A DNA stretch of 40,932 bases from IMG/VR virus record IMGVR_UViG_3300014202_000363, positions 1 through 40,932 of that record; one strand, given 5' to 3'. A program made the translations under genes and the position numbers. Position 1 is the stretch's first letter, and each line of letters opens with the position of its first letter. This DNA is from a virus (taxonomy: Duplodnaviria; Caudoviricetes). Of this stretch, positions 16,085 to 26,812 are shown piece after piece. The notes beneath the pieces are model-generated. The model was not told the DNA's origin, made no database searches, and saw only the letters and a program-made list of their open reading frames with translations.

Positions 16085-18093
16085 TGTATGCAGGACAACA
16101 GGCACAACTTCCGGTCGCGCAAGGTGGATTACTAACGGACTTAAGTCCGAACAGGATACCAGCCACCAATTTAATTGATTGCAAGAACGTTATTATCTCA
16201 AACGGAGTAGTTCAAAAGGCTCCTGCTGCTAATTCCTATATTAATCGATTCAGGGTTGATAATTCTTTTCTAAGGGTATTCGGTATAACTATTGTTTCCA
16301 AGGTAAGTGGAGACTCTGGAAACCTGATTTCATTCACGGTTACTGGTGGTGCCACCGCTGGATCAGAGGTTGTGGGTGTAGTTGGTAACGCTATTTCAAT
16401 TCAGATAGATATCATTGGCCCAACTGTTTCCACTGTGGCTCAGATAAAGGCGGCCCTAGACGCATCTGCGGCTGCAACTGCTTTGGCTGACTTCATTGTG
16501 TATGACTTGTATGCAGAGCCAGGTGTTCTTTCTCAAACCTTTTTATCAAATGAGCAGGATCACATTGTTGATGTTGATGATGAGTCATTTCCTCCAGCTA
16601 AGGTCATTGGTGTATATGATTGGTGGCCAAATGACGGCGATCAATTCCTTGTGGTTGTTACTTTAAATGGCAGGGTTTATCGATACGAAGATCCATACAC
16701 CTATATCGAAGTGGTCCCGTCTGAAGATGAGGACAGTGCTGGATTCGTTGCTCCAGAGAGACTAGAGGTTCTTAACCGAGCTTTCTTTATTGAGTGTGGC
16801 CGTGAGTTCCTTGGGTCTGGAGGGGTTAATAACCCTAGAAAGCTATTAATCCTTACTGGAGGATCTCAGATCCAGGTATTGGAGGAAGGCTTTGACACCA
16901 GAAGAAATGTTAAGAAGCCGGCAGCGGACTGGGATGGGTCTGAAGGTCACACTTCTTATCCTTTCGCTGGTATCCAATCTTTCAGCAGAGTCTTCGTATT
17001 TGGTAATGATAATCTTCCTCATTTTGTGTACGGGTCATCTAATACGGTATCTAGCACCGAAGACGGCCATGAAGACTTTACTATTACAGGCACATTCAAT
17101 ACGGCTTTGTTTAATGTGTACCCAGGAGAAGGCCAGCGTTTAATTGCGGCTTTCGAGTACAAAAACAAGCTTCATGTTGTGAAATATCCACAAGGGCTTT
17201 ATCAGCTTCAACAGCCTGATATTGGAGTTCCTACTGGTTGGTTCTTTGCGAAGCTAAACGAGGATATTGGTGCCGCCTCCCCTTTCTCGGTGGCTACTGT
17301 TCAGGACGATGTTTTAATGGTTCAGCACACCAGAATGGTGCAATCCATGAGTGCAACTCTGAACCTAGGTGGAATTGAAGCCGCAAGCTTATACAGGGCG
17401 TTATCAATTCAGAGTTATATTTTAGGTCGTACTTCATCGCTTGGAATTGGTGATCAGCAAGCGTTTTGGCATGAGGCCGGACGTTCTGCGTACTTCGTGT
17501 ATCGAGGCATAAATAGTCTTGAGAACAGTTATGTTGTTCGCTTTGATTTCACGGATCAAGCTCCTAAGGTTACGACATACGATCACTTTCAACCGAATGT
17601 ACTCGCACTTCGTCGCAATGTATCACTCATTGATGAGCTTATATACGGATCAAATGACGGCCAGGTATATGTACTGGAGACCAGTAACCGGTTCTTCGAT
17701 GACGACGTATCAACTGAGTACACTGGAATGTTTCAGACTCCGCATCTTGATATGGGAAGTCCGAAGAACAAGAACTTCGAGTTCGTTGAAGTAGAGTACA
17801 TTCCAACCGGAAATGTTGTTCTTAAAATGGACTGGTTAATTGAAGGTCAAATTCAAGGAACTAACAACTTCAAACTAGGTAAGGGTCCGCAGTTGGATTC
17901 AATGGTTTTAGATGTAGCAAGGCTTCAGGGTCGAGCTACTCGAAAAACACGTTTGAAAATTTATGGTCGAGGACGCAGTATTAGCTTAAAGTTTTATAAT
18001 GAAGACGAGTCGAATTTTAAAATCGTTGGAGTGACAATTAGTTACACTGTTACCGGCGAAAATGACAAAGGGAACTCTCCAGAAGGAACATAG
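16084..18093 (+). CDS. Tail nozzle / tubular protein B (P22 gp10-like stabilisation protein)
   Basis: GGLLTDLSP N-terminal motif, beta-propeller-like body, GRGRSISLKF C-terminus; TGATG overlap supports ATG 16084. Confidence 0.7.
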   Translation: MYAGQQAQLPVAQGGLLTDLSPNRIPATNLIDCKNVIISNGVVQKAPAANSYINRFRVDNSFLRVFGITIVSKVSGDSGNLISFTVTGGATAGSEVVGVVGNAISIQIDIIGPTVSTVAQIKAALDASAAATALADFIVYDLYAEPGVLSQTFLSNEQDHIVDVDDESFPPAKVIGVYDWWPNDGDQFLVVVTLNGRVYRYEDPYTYIEVVPSEDEDSAGFVAPERLEVLNRAFFIECGREFLGSGGVNNPRKLLILTGGSQIQVLEEGFDTRRNVKKPAADWDGSEGHTSYPFAGIQSFSRVFVFGNDNLPHFVYGSSNTVSSTEDGHEDFTITGTFNTALFNVYPGEGQRLIAAFEYKNKLHVVKYPQGLYQLQQPDIGVPTGWFFAKLNEDIGAASPFSVATVQDDVLMVQHTRMVQSMSATLNLGGIEAASLYRALSIQSYILGRTSSLGIGDQQAFWHEAGRSAYFVYRGINSLENSYVVRFDFTDQAPKVTTYDHFQPNVLALRRNVSLIDELIYGSNDGQVYVLETSNRFFDDDVSTEYTGMFQTPHLDMGSPKNKNFEFVEVEYIPTGNVVLKMDWLIEGQIQGTNNFKLGKGPQLDSMVLDVARLQGRATRKTRLKIYGRGRSISLKFYNEDESNFKIVGVTISYTVTGENDKGNSPEGT

Positions 18094-18110
18094 AAAGTTA
18101 GGGGTGGGTT

Positions 18111-20177
18111 ATTAGTGGCTTGTTTAATTATCCGAAGACATGGACAGACGATGAGGTTCTAACTAACGAGGATCTTAACGCTCAATTCAATACCGTTAAA
18201 GACAACATGATCGCCGAGAAGGTTGAAGGCGCATCTACGGTAAACAATGTTTATAACGCCGCAAAAGCCATTGCGCAAACCGATCCAGACCCAGTGGGTC
18301 CAACAAACTTTGCGTCCTCTGTTGAAGAAGAGATTAAGCGTTTACGATTCATGATTTCTTCTATTACTGGAAACGCTAACTATACCTTGGCTCCGGTGAA
18401 GAACATAGATGAATTAAACCAGGCATTATTATCTCAGACAGAAAGAGCGGCTCAATTCCTAATGCTTTCTTCTGTGCCTTCGATTCAGCGAGCGATGAGG
18501 TCTGGGATATATTATTTCGATGGCAATCTTTCTAGACCAATAGATTCTAGTTTCTTCAATACTCAAGGTAAGTTTAATAACTCTATAAATGTACTTCCTG
18601 GAACTGGAATAGGCATTAACACAGATACAAAATGCGAAAAGCAATCTACCGACAATATTAATAACGGTAAAAGATTGACGTTTGGATTTTTTGTTAAAAA
18701 CCCAAGAGTGAATGAAGTTCTTGCTTACATACCAGCTTTAAACTGGGCAGTTTCAATTAACAATTCTGGTAATGTAGTTTTATTTATAGAAGGTGTTAAT
18801 TCAACCACTGATGTCGCAAAAGCATACCAGACTATAACTGGGTCAGTAGACCTTGGTGACGGAGAATACCATCATGTTTGTGTATCTGTTGATTTATCTG
18901 AAGCATCTGGAAGTCGGAAGATAAATCTATACATAGATGGAGCTGAAGATGGAACTCAAATTACAAACTCAACTCTTGAATCATCTGAATTTAGTCAAAA
19001 CATAAAGATACTGATTGGCACAAAAATCATTGGATTTACTGGTGGTGTTTTCACTGGTTCAGCTATTTGGACTTTCCTTAGCAACACCCCGCCTCTTGGT
19101 TTTGGAGTTACTGGATCGTTATCAGTGGTTAGTGGTTACGGATTCTTAACTTCTGCCGCTGCTAATTACATTACATCAACGAACAGCATGACTTTTAATA
19201 ACGCTGCGTTTTCTACTGTTATTAGATTTAGAGCTATTATAGACAGCTATGCGCAATCAAGTTCTTTAGCAAATGCTAACGATATGCCGTTAGGTATTAG
19301 AGCTAGATCTGATGCCGCCGACCGTTCATTCAGAGTGGTGTTCACAAGTAGTTCTGTGTCTGTAGTTGATAACGACACATCACCTTCTGCTGCTCAGACA
19401 ATAAAGCTAGATACAACAATAGAGCATCAATACGATATTGTCGTAAAGAATAACTCAGTTCAACTGTATGTGGATGGAGCATTAGCTATCACTCAGTTAT
19501 TATCAAGCTCAGATGCTACTGCTGGAGATGTATTTCAACTTGGATTCTTGAATACAAATGCCACTGGTGGATCTATATCAATCAATTCTTTAAGCATTAA
19601 CGTAATAAATACAGTGTCTTCTGGTTTGTACGACGTTAGCGGACTTACTGGGACTATTGAGATATCTGAACCATTTATTTCAACTGAATACTTCGAGGCT
19701 AGTGACAATTTCCTTGAATCACTTCAGACCGATCCTGTAGAAACTTTAGTGTTAAGGGATATTAAGAATTATATTCCATTCTTTTCTATATCGTATTCAG
19801 GACTTCTAGCAGCTATTTCTACCAGTTCCACTCCTGCTACGTCTTCACCATTCCTTTTCTATGGAGATGGTGAGTCTGATTTTCTGATTCAAATGTATTT
19901 TCACTCTAATTCTGAAGATCCTTCTTTCTCTCCTAGAGTTATACTATCTAAAGACACAAGCGAGAGATTTGCTGGTAGAGCGGCTGCATCTGTTGGGGGA
20001 TCAATATTCGCTACAGAAGGATCTGCGAATACAGAGACCGGTGTTATTAGTGGATGCGTTGGGATTTATCTTCAATCTCCAACATTGATATCTCCATTTA
20101 TTTCCGTGTTTCAAACTGGCAGCATAGGAATATTTACTCTGTATGGGTTTAATGTAGTTCCAGTAAGGAAAGGATGA
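18111..20177 (+). CDS. Tail fibre/receptor-binding protein with LamG (concanavalin-like) domains
   Basis: N-terminal TWTDDEVLTNEDLNAQF anchor motif; DGEYHHVCV...LYIDG and HQYDIV...LYVDG LamG motifs; start ATT 18111 or TTG 18120. Confidence 0.7.
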   Translation: MSGLFNYPKTWTDDEVLTNEDLNAQFNTVKDNMIAEKVEGASTVNNVYNAAKAIAQTDPDPVGPTNFASSVEEEIKRLRFMISSITGNANYTLAPVKNIDELNQALLSQTERAAQFLMLSSVPSIQRAMRSGIYYFDGNLSRPIDSSFFNTQGKFNNSINVLPGTGIGINTDTKCEKQSTDNINNGKRLTFGFFVKNPRVNEVLAYIPALNWAVSINNSGNVVLFIEGVNSTTDVAKAYQTITGSVDLGDGEYHHVCVSVDLSEASGSRKINLYIDGAEDGTQITNSTLESSEFSQNIKILIGTKIIGFTGGVFTGSAIWTFLSNTPPLGFGVTGSLSVVSGYGFLTSAAANYITSTNSMTFNNAAFSTVIRFRAIIDSYAQSSSLANANDMPLGIRARSDAADRSFRVVFTSSSVSVVDNDTSPSAAQTIKLDTTIEHQYDIVVKNNSVQLYVDGALAITQLLSSSDATAGDVFQLGFLNTNATGGSISINSLSINVINTVSSGLYDVSGLTGTIEISEPFISTEYFEASDNFLESLQTDPVETLVLRDIKNYIPFFSISYSGLLAAISTSSTPATSSPFLFYGDGESDFLIQMYFHSNSEDPSFSPRVILSKDTSERFAGRAAASVGGSIFATEGSANTETGVISGCVGIYLQSPTLISPFISVFQTGSIGIFTLYGFNVVPVRKG

Positions 20178-20181
20178 CGAT

Positions 20182-21009
20182 ATGGCTTGGGAGGGTGTAG
20201 TTGGTGGTATTTTAGGCGGTGCTGCTGGGTTTGCGATAGGCGGCCCAATGGGGGCAGCTGCAGGTGCTAGTGCTGGTGCCGCTCTTGGTGGCGGAATGTC
20301 TTCCGCTAAAGCAGCAGAGAAAGCGGCCAAATCTGAAGCTGATCTAGCTTCTCAGAATGTATTTTCTGCTATGCCAACTGCTCAAGAACTTGAGCAGCAA
20401 AGCATTATGCTTGCTAATCAGCAGCAACAAATAAACTTTTCTAAACAACAAATAGACTCTCTTGGCGATCTTCTTTCTCAAATCAGCCCGATGCTTGCTG
20501 AAGGGTTTAACCAACAACTTGCCTCAATGCGAGGTCAGAATGTTGGCCCTATCTCTCGCCAGATTGAAATTGAAAGACAGCAGAACTTGAACCGTCAAAT
20601 TGCTTCAATGGGTTCTGGAGCGAGCGGCTCTAGTGCTGGAATGATGGCTGATGCTTTATTCGGTCAGCAAGCAGGAATGGCGAGACTTCAAGAGCAACAA
20701 GCGATGTCTCAGATGAATGCCCAGAACGCTCAAGTAGCTACTGCTTTGATGGGTCAAGGTGCTCAATTCGGGCAATATAACCAAAACATTTCAAACTCTA
20801 TACTTGGAAATATGAACCAGCTAAAGCAGCGAGAGATGCAAGCTAGATTTGGTCAAGTTGGAACCGCTGGAGCGGGTCAAGTTGGAAACATAATGATGGG
20901 GCAACAGCTTCAGAGTATGGGCAGCACTGTGCTTGGGGCTACTGCTGGCGGGTATGCTCAAGGACTTGGGCAAGCAAAAGGATTTCAAAATATGATGGGA
21001 ACATCGTAA
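20182..21009 (+). CDS. DNA ejection (internal virion) protein, small
   Basis: Gly/Ala hydrophobic N-terminus (GGPMGAAAGASAG) and Gln-rich body, as in P22 gp7-like pilots. Confidence 0.7.
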   Translation: MAWEGVVGGILGGAAGFAIGGPMGAAAGASAGAALGGGMSSAKAAEKAAKSEADLASQNVFSAMPTAQELEQQSIMLANQQQQINFSKQQIDSLGDLLSQISPMLAEGFNQQLASMRGQNVGPISRQIEIERQQNLNRQIASMGSGASGSSAGMMADALFGQQAGMARLQEQQAMSQMNAQNAQVATALMGQGAQFGQYNQNISNSILGNMNQLKQREMQARFGQVGTAGAGQVGNIMMGQQLQSMGSTVLGATAGGYAQGLGQAKGFQNMMGTS

Positions 21010-21019
21010 GGAGCGAATT

Positions 21020-22633
21020 ATGTCTGACATAGTAAAGACTGCGATGATGGGTAATTTACAGATTGGTCAGCAATTCGGTTCTGCGTTTGAAACCGGAATG
21101 AAGATTGCTCAGGCTGCTGAACAAGCTCGGATGGACAATGCTATCAAGCAGGAGCAATTAAAATTAAGTAAAGAACAGATAGATAATCAATTAGAAGAAA
21201 AAGCTACTGATCTACTTAAGCTCGCTTTTGATGACAAAACAAACAACAAATTCAGGAAAGACCTTATCGATAGGGCAGATGTTATGTATCAGAGAAGCGG
21301 TCGGGCACCGCCAATGTCTGAGGACTTTAAAAAGTTAGCACTATATGATCCTAACCTTGGTAAAAAAATAGCTGAGTTAGCTGAAAAGAAAAAACAAGCT
21401 GCACTAGATCCTAACAGCAGACAAAAGGCTGAAGAATACAAAGCATATTTTGACAATATACTTCAATCAGGAATTGCTGATGTAGGCATGATAACAGGAA
21501 TGGTTAATGAGTCTTTAAAGACAGATATAAGTCTTATTGGCCCTCTTACAAAAAGAGAAGAAAAAGCCAATGTAATTTCCAATCTCAAATCAAGAGCAGA
21601 CACTATTTTAAATAAAGTAATGTCAGGTGACTCTGATTACATCCCAGATGAAAAAAGCATGGAAACTATAGAAAGAATAAGACAGCTTTCTGATGGTGCA
21701 GATATTAAAGATCCCAAAGTAAAAGCAACAATTGATATGGCCATTAAGGATCTACAAAGAGATGAGATCAAAATAGCTGAGGGATCAATTCAAAAGAAAA
21801 GAGACGAAAGACTTAACCTTGCAAAAGAAAAGGTATTTACAACATTAAACGATCTCCCAAGCACTGCTCCTATTCATCTGAGATCAATGGCTCAAAAGCT
21901 CATGCAAAGATTATCAGACACTAACGAATTTAAAGACGTTGCTGGCCCAATAATGAAAGAAGCAATTGAGTTGAAAAACTTATCTAAAGCAATTGCAGAA
22001 AACAGAGAAGATGAAAAAGAGTCTGGAAAATTCACAGAGAAATTCATAACTGACGTGAATAAAATATCTGAATCAACAAGTAAATTAAGGGCTGGTATTA
22101 ACAATCTTAAATTTGCAATTAAGACTGGAAAGATAAAAAGCCTAGAATCTATTACTCCTACTTTAGCTAGGGTTTGGGGTATGGAGGTAGGTAACTTATC
22201 TGGAAACGAGCAGACAGCACAATCAATGATTTCTACATACGAATCAATCTTGCAAGGCGCAAAGAGTTTGATGGGTGATGCCAACACTATGAAGGCTAAC
22301 CAGGGAACTTTAAATGCTTATATAGAAAGACTTGACGCAATGGATAGAAGTGTCTCTAATGAAACATCTCTCGCGTTTGAGGCGTTGAATAGCAACTACA
22401 AAGCAGACGCTTCTACTGGAAATAGATTTCTTAGAAAATCATATGATGGGGTTATATCTCCAAGAATTAAAAACGAAGCAATAAGATTTGGTCACTACAT
22501 AAAAGGTGGGGAAGTGTGGAAGAGTCTTACTTTTGATCAGAAAGTAAAAGCATTTGCAAAAAAGAATAATGTGTCTGAAAAAATAGCGAGAGAGTCATTG
22601 CAAGAAGCCATGAAAGGTGGAGGCGGTCAGTGA
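21020..22633 (+). CDS. DNA ejection (internal virion) protein, medium
   Basis: Helical, charged; second of three genes at the end of the structural arm. Confidence 0.6.
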   Translation: MSDIVKTAMMGNLQIGQQFGSAFETGMKIAQAAEQARMDNAIKQEQLKLSKEQIDNQLEEKATDLLKLAFDDKTNNKFRKDLIDRADVMYQRSGRAPPMSEDFKKLALYDPNLGKKIAELAEKKKQAALDPNSRQKAEEYKAYFDNILQSGIADVGMITGMVNESLKTDISLIGPLTKREEKANVISNLKSRADTILNKVMSGDSDYIPDEKSMETIERIRQLSDGADIKDPKVKATIDMAIKDLQRDEIKIAEGSIQKKRDERLNLAKEKVFTTLNDLPSTAPIHLRSMAQKLMQRLSDTNEFKDVAGPIMKEAIELKNLSKAIAENREDEKESGKFTEKFITDVNKISESTSKLRAGINNLKFAIKTGKIKSLESITPTLARVWGMEVGNLSGNEQTAQSMISTYESILQGAKSLMGDANTMKANQGTLNAYIERLDAMDRSVSNETSLAFEALNSNYKADASTGNRFLRKSYDGVISPRIKNEAIRFGHYIKGGEVWKSLTFDQKVKAFAKKNNVSEKIARESLQEAMKGGGGQ

Positions 22634-25587
22634 AAGAATTAGAAAACCCAAACGCACAAGGCCCAAACGACTTAGAGCAAGGTGCTCAACCGAGAGTAAT
22701 TTACCCAGAAAGACAATCATTTGAGTTTCCTGGTATGCAGTTAGATTTCCCAGAAAGACCTCAACCAGAACCAACAGAAACTCCTAGTTATCCAATTCCA
22801 ACACCGGCACAAAGGCAAGAAATACCTAGCAGTGGTGTAAGGTTTATGGGTGGTTTAATAGACAGCTTAATCCCAAGCGCAAGTGCTGATGATGACCTTG
22901 TTTACGAAAGAGCAGAAGAGATAGCTAAAAGCAAGGGAGTCAATTTAGACTCAGTGCAATCCCCTGAAGTATCATTTAAAATCTCAGAAAGAGATTCACT
23001 CGGAGATGAGGAAGTACAGAAAACTAGATTTGGAATAAAGTCTTCTATTGGCAAAAGCGGCATCGAGAGTGACGTTGGTAGAGAGTACAAGTTAAAATTT
23101 ACAGATAATGGTGATGTATTTTTTAAAAAAGGAAACCAGAAGTGGAAATCTATAGACGCTGATCCTGTATTAAGGAAAGCGTTTGATAAGAGAATGAACT
23201 TCATTTCTACCCTTGTTGACACTCCTGCAATGGTTGGTGGTGCTGTTGCCGCCATAGGTGCTGCTGCTGCTGGCCCAGCAATAGGTCTTGGTGCTGCTGC
23301 TGAAGTTGGTAGTATGCTAGGTGCTGGAATAAGAAGTGGAGCATCTGCTTTAGGTGGAGGACTAACTCAAGCGAGTCCAATGGGAGAGATGTTTGCAAAA
23401 ACAGTTGAAGATCCCTTATTGGTTGATTACTTCCTTAATTTTAAGGGTAAGACTCCCGCATTGGTTACAGCAGGAATTGAAGGCATTTCTCAAGGATTAG
23501 GTGAGGGTATTGCTGGATTTTTTGCGAGTTCTGCAAAAACAAATAGAGCCATAAGAGAAGGTGCATCTCAAATATCAGAAGCAGCATCTAGAGTCCCAGA
23601 AGTAGGAGCATCTGCCGGGTTGTCCCCTGGGCAAAGAGCGTTAGGGGTTCCATACGCTAGTGAGATTATAGACTTAGAGCTAGAGGTAGCAAAAGATCCT
23701 TCCGTAAGATCGTATTTAATTAAAAGAAATTTAGATGAAGCAGCAAAGCTAGATCAAGCTGTTGGAATATTGAGATCAAAGGCTCCGGAGCTTCCAAAAG
23801 GAAAGTCAATCAAAGATATTACTTACACTCATGGTGGAAACATAAGAGAGAGTTTCATTGAGAGGGAAGTGAAGCAAGCTCAAAACAACATAGCTGCAAA
23901 CGAGCAAGAACTTTACTTTAGTATACCGAACCTAAAAAACAGACAGATGATTAACCCGACTCCAATCCTTGCGGCAATGGAAGAGTCTGTTATTGAGCAG
24001 TTCGGAGAAGAGGTTTTAACTAACGGTGTAATCGATCCTGCTAAGGTTGTTAGAGCACTAGGGAAGCCGGGATCTGTAGCTACAGAGGGTGAGAAAGATT
24101 TACTACAGGTCTACATACAACTTAAAGGAATGACAAGTAGAGGTCGTGGAGCAACTGGACTTTCCGAGCCAGTTTTGTCTGAGTCTGTAAAAGTATTTCC
24201 AGAATCCCCAAGAAATGGAGAGTACATTGGTGCTGTTCAGGATTCTTTGTCTGCACCTCCAACGCAAGATTCATTCTTGATTCCTGGTATGCAAGGCGGC
24301 CTCCCACCAAGAGGAGCTTCTGATCTAGGTGACACTATTACCATGCAGAAGGTTCCAGGGTCTCCTGGTTTTGAATCTGCTGGTAGCGAAAAGTTTGTAT
24401 ACGGTCAGTCTCAACCAAGCCTTCCTGGTGCATCTATGGCATTTAAAATGCCCAATGAACTAAAGGGGTTTGTTTCTTTCAAGCGGAGTCTTGGAAGTAT
24501 GGCAAATCAGTTTAGTGACCAAGAAATATCAGAGATGTTTCTTGGAGAAAAGGCGAAGTTCATTAAAGCAAGATCATTCCTTCCTCAAGGTGCCCCAGGA
24601 GTTGAGAGAGATGCTTTTATAACCCTTCCTCAATTGACGGACATTATAACAAAGGCTCAACGTGTTGGTGATTTCTCTTCTTTGATTTCATCTAAAACAT
24701 CTGCTCAACGTGTAGCTGCTGAAATGTCTGGTATACTAAACAGACTTAGAGCAGACATAACCATGGATGTTGCATCTAAAGAGGGTAGACCAGATATTGC
24801 AAAAAGAGTCTTAGACAGCAAGAACGCATATACAAAAAGCTATGCAGACCTTATGAAGGTAAATTCTGCGTTTGATACTGACTTTTTAAGTAAGTCATAC
24901 CTAAATCTTCCTACTGAGGATGCTAAGCTCCTATTGAGCGTAATGCCAGAGGCTAATAAACTAGAACTTCAGGCAGCAGTGGTTGAGGACTTATTTAGAA
25001 AATCTCACTTCAACAAAGTAATGTACACAACTGGACAGGATGGTGAGTTTATAGGTTTTGATAGAGCTAGGTTCTTTAAAAATGTTGTGAACAATCCTAA
25101 GACACAAAAAAACATGACTGAGCTTTTTGGTAAAAAGGCTTACGACGAGATCCTTACCTTGGGCAAGATTGCAGAGAAGGTAGATGTGTATGGAGAAGGA
25201 TTAGAGCAAAAAACAAAAGAATTAATGAAACAGCAAATTGAGAGACGTGGATACATTATTGCAACTGCAATAGCCGAGAAAGGCAGAAACGCTTCCAGTG
25301 TTGTTAGAGTCCTTGATGCATTATTGAGTGTTGTTGTCCCAAGAAACTCAACACAAATGACAGCGGTAAAAGATGAAGCCATTACGAATATAGCAAGAAA
25401 ACTATATCAAGCAGAAATGTCTGGTGGCGCAAGGGTTACTCCAAAATCTGTTGGTGCATCAATGGATAGAGGTGCTACTGAAGCGGCTAGCAGAGAGAAA
25501 ACCATGAACTATCTTGAGAGAGGTTCAAGGCTTGGAATACCAAACGCACTGAGAGGCTATAGGGTTCTTAAATCCAAGGAGGATTAA
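22630..25587 (+). CDS. DNA ejection (internal virion) protein, large
   Basis: 985 aa with Gly/Ala hydrophobic segment; last structural gene. Confidence 0.6.
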   Translation: MKELENPNAQGPNDLEQGAQPRVIYPERQSFEFPGMQLDFPERPQPEPTETPSYPIPTPAQRQEIPSSGVRFMGGLIDSLIPSASADDDLVYERAEEIAKSKGVNLDSVQSPEVSFKISERDSLGDEEVQKTRFGIKSSIGKSGIESDVGREYKLKFTDNGDVFFKKGNQKWKSIDADPVLRKAFDKRMNFISTLVDTPAMVGGAVAAIGAAAAGPAIGLGAAAEVGSMLGAGIRSGASALGGGLTQASPMGEMFAKTVEDPLLVDYFLNFKGKTPALVTAGIEGISQGLGEGIAGFFASSAKTNRAIREGASQISEAASRVPEVGASAGLSPGQRALGVPYASEIIDLELEVAKDPSVRSYLIKRNLDEAAKLDQAVGILRSKAPELPKGKSIKDITYTHGGNIRESFIEREVKQAQNNIAANEQELYFSIPNLKNRQMINPTPILAAMEESVIEQFGEEVLTNGVIDPAKVVRALGKPGSVATEGEKDLLQVYIQLKGMTSRGRGATGLSEPVLSESVKVFPESPRNGEYIGAVQDSLSAPPTQDSFLIPGMQGGLPPRGASDLGDTITMQKVPGSPGFESAGSEKFVYGQSQPSLPGASMAFKMPNELKGFVSFKRSLGSMANQFSDQEISEMFLGEKAKFIKARSFLPQGAPGVERDAFITLPQLTDIITKAQRVGDFSSLISSKTSAQRVAAEMSGILNRLRADITMDVASKEGRPDIAKRVLDSKNAYTKSYADLMKVNSAFDTDFLSKSYLNLPTEDAKLLLSVMPEANKLELQAAVVEDLFRKSHFNKVMYTTGQDGEFIGFDRARFFKNVVNNPKTQKNMTELFGKKAYDEILTLGKIAEKVDVYGEGLEQKTKELMKQQIERRGYIIATAIAEKGRNASSVVRVLDALLSVVVPRNSTQMTAVKDEAITNIARKLYQAEMSGGARVTPKSVGASMDRGATEAASREKTMNYLERGSRLGIPNALRGYRVLKSKED

Positions 25588-25763
25588 TCATTCCAGTAAT
25601 TAGGCCCATCAAACCAAAGAGCGACAAACGACTCTCTGAAGTCGTCCCTTGCTTCAGCTTCTTCTGTGACGTGGTACATGGTGTTTGAAATGTTTAACTT
25701 ACCGTCTTTAGACTTATAGACTGCAAAGACGTGCTTACCTTGTTTTGGTTCTTTATTTTCCAT
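25584..25763 (-). CDS. Hypothetical protein
   Basis: Likely start MENKEPKQ at 25763; stop shares TTAA with the convergent gene. Confidence 0.6.
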   Translation of the reverse strand: MENKEPKQGKHVFAVYKSKDGKLNISNTMYHVTEEAEARDDFRESFVALWFDGPNYWND

Positions 25764-26013
25764 AGATCTTAGCTTGTTGAGCTTCATTAATTGATAAATA
25801 GCAAGTTGCGATTGTTTCGAGTTTGTACCTGCCTTGATGCTCGCGCCTCTCTTCATCGACTATATTCCTTATTGGTACTTCGATTATGATATTCTTCACT
25901 CGCAACTCATTCCATCCAGTGATTGAGTTCTTATCTTCATACGCGATAATCCAAGGTGTATCGGTCTTTCGATCAACGTATATTTGAAACTTACATGGCC
26001 CTAGTGCCCCCAT
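25753..26013 (-). CDS. Hypothetical protein
   Basis: Overlap-coupled ORF with SD GAGGA. Confidence 0.65.
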   Translation of the reverse strand: MGALGPCKFQIYVDRKTDTPWIIAYEDKNSITGWNELRVKNIIIEVPIRNIVDEERREHQGRYKLETIATCYLSINEAQQAKIYGK

Positions 26014-26165
26014 TTTGAGCTGTCCTCTCCAACCATTGTTTTAAGTATAACTAAAATATCATCAGGATGAATCTCACTATCAGACTCAAATATTAGCATG
26101 GCTTGCTTTTTATCAGCACTAAACTCGATATCAACAGTTATCTCGAAAGCCTGTTCATTACTCAC
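26001..26165 (-). CDS. Small acidic hypothetical protein (54 aa), not in ORF track
   Basis: GTGA overlap; MSNEQAFEITVDIEFSADKKQAMLIFE... Confidence 0.6.
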   Translation of the reverse strand: MSNEQAFEITVDIEFSADKKQAMLIFESDSEIHPDDILVILKTMVGEDSSKWGH

Positions 26166-26812
26166 CACTTGGCTCCAATGGCTTTAGCGGCTTCAGATAG
26201 CTCTGGGTTGCATTTGAAGTATCCTGACAACGCTTTAGCAACGGTCTTCTTTTTGAAGAACATTGTTATCCTATAAATAGACATTGAAAGCCTGGTGATT
26301 CCACCGGCTTTATCTGCGTACTCGGATACAATCCAAGTTCTTAAATGATGACTCCATCCTGGATCTTTACTAAAAGCTCGTCTAAGAATTGTGATCGACC
26401 AAGCGATCTGGGTAATGTAGTCACATCGACCATAAGCACAGAAATCAATAAACCCCTTCACATCGAAGTGCTTGGCTACATACCTATTAAGCTCGGTGTA
26501 GTTTTTGTAGAAAGAAGCGACTATATACCCAGACCGAATCATGGAGTGAGCTACTTCCTGAGCTTCAGTTTTGTCAATCTGGTATAGGTTATAAAGAGCA
26601 CCAAGAACTTCATCGTGACTTATCTCATCTTCGCTGTCAGGCTTCCGTTTAAAGAATCCAGTCTCAGCTAGGCACTGGGCAAAGTATTCAAGATAGAATA
26701 TATCAAACGACTTATCCTTATCTTGATAAAGTCCCAGCTTGTGCTGATAAGCGCAGTAAAGATGTGGGTTGTTGTGAACAGTCATTAAGTGTTTAAATTG
26801 TTCTTCATTCAT
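26162..26812 (-). CDS. Hypothetical protein (helical, aromatic-rich)
   Basis: 216-aa ORF, TAATG coupling. Confidence 0.8.
   Translation of the reverse strand: MNEEQFKHLMTVHNNPHLYCAYQHKLGLYQDKDKSFDIFYLEYFAQCLAETGFFKRKPDSEDEISHDEVLGALYNLYQIDKTEAQEVAHSMIRSGYIVASFYKNYTELNRYVAKHFDVKGFIDFCAYGRCDYITQIAWSITILRRAFSKDPGWSHHLRTWIVSEYADKAGGITRLSMSIYRITMFFKKKTVAKALSGYFKCNPELSEAAKAIGAKW

Noticed and set aside
1605-25382. Numerous antisense and alternate-frame ORFs of 60-150 aa in the structural arm
   Set aside because: They lie within long, motif-bearing + strand genes and lack SD sequences or recognisable domains.
22630-25587. Tape measure protein or virion RNA polymerase
   Set aside because: No tail tube or sheath genes and no polymerase motifs; position after two pilot-like genes fits an ejection protein.
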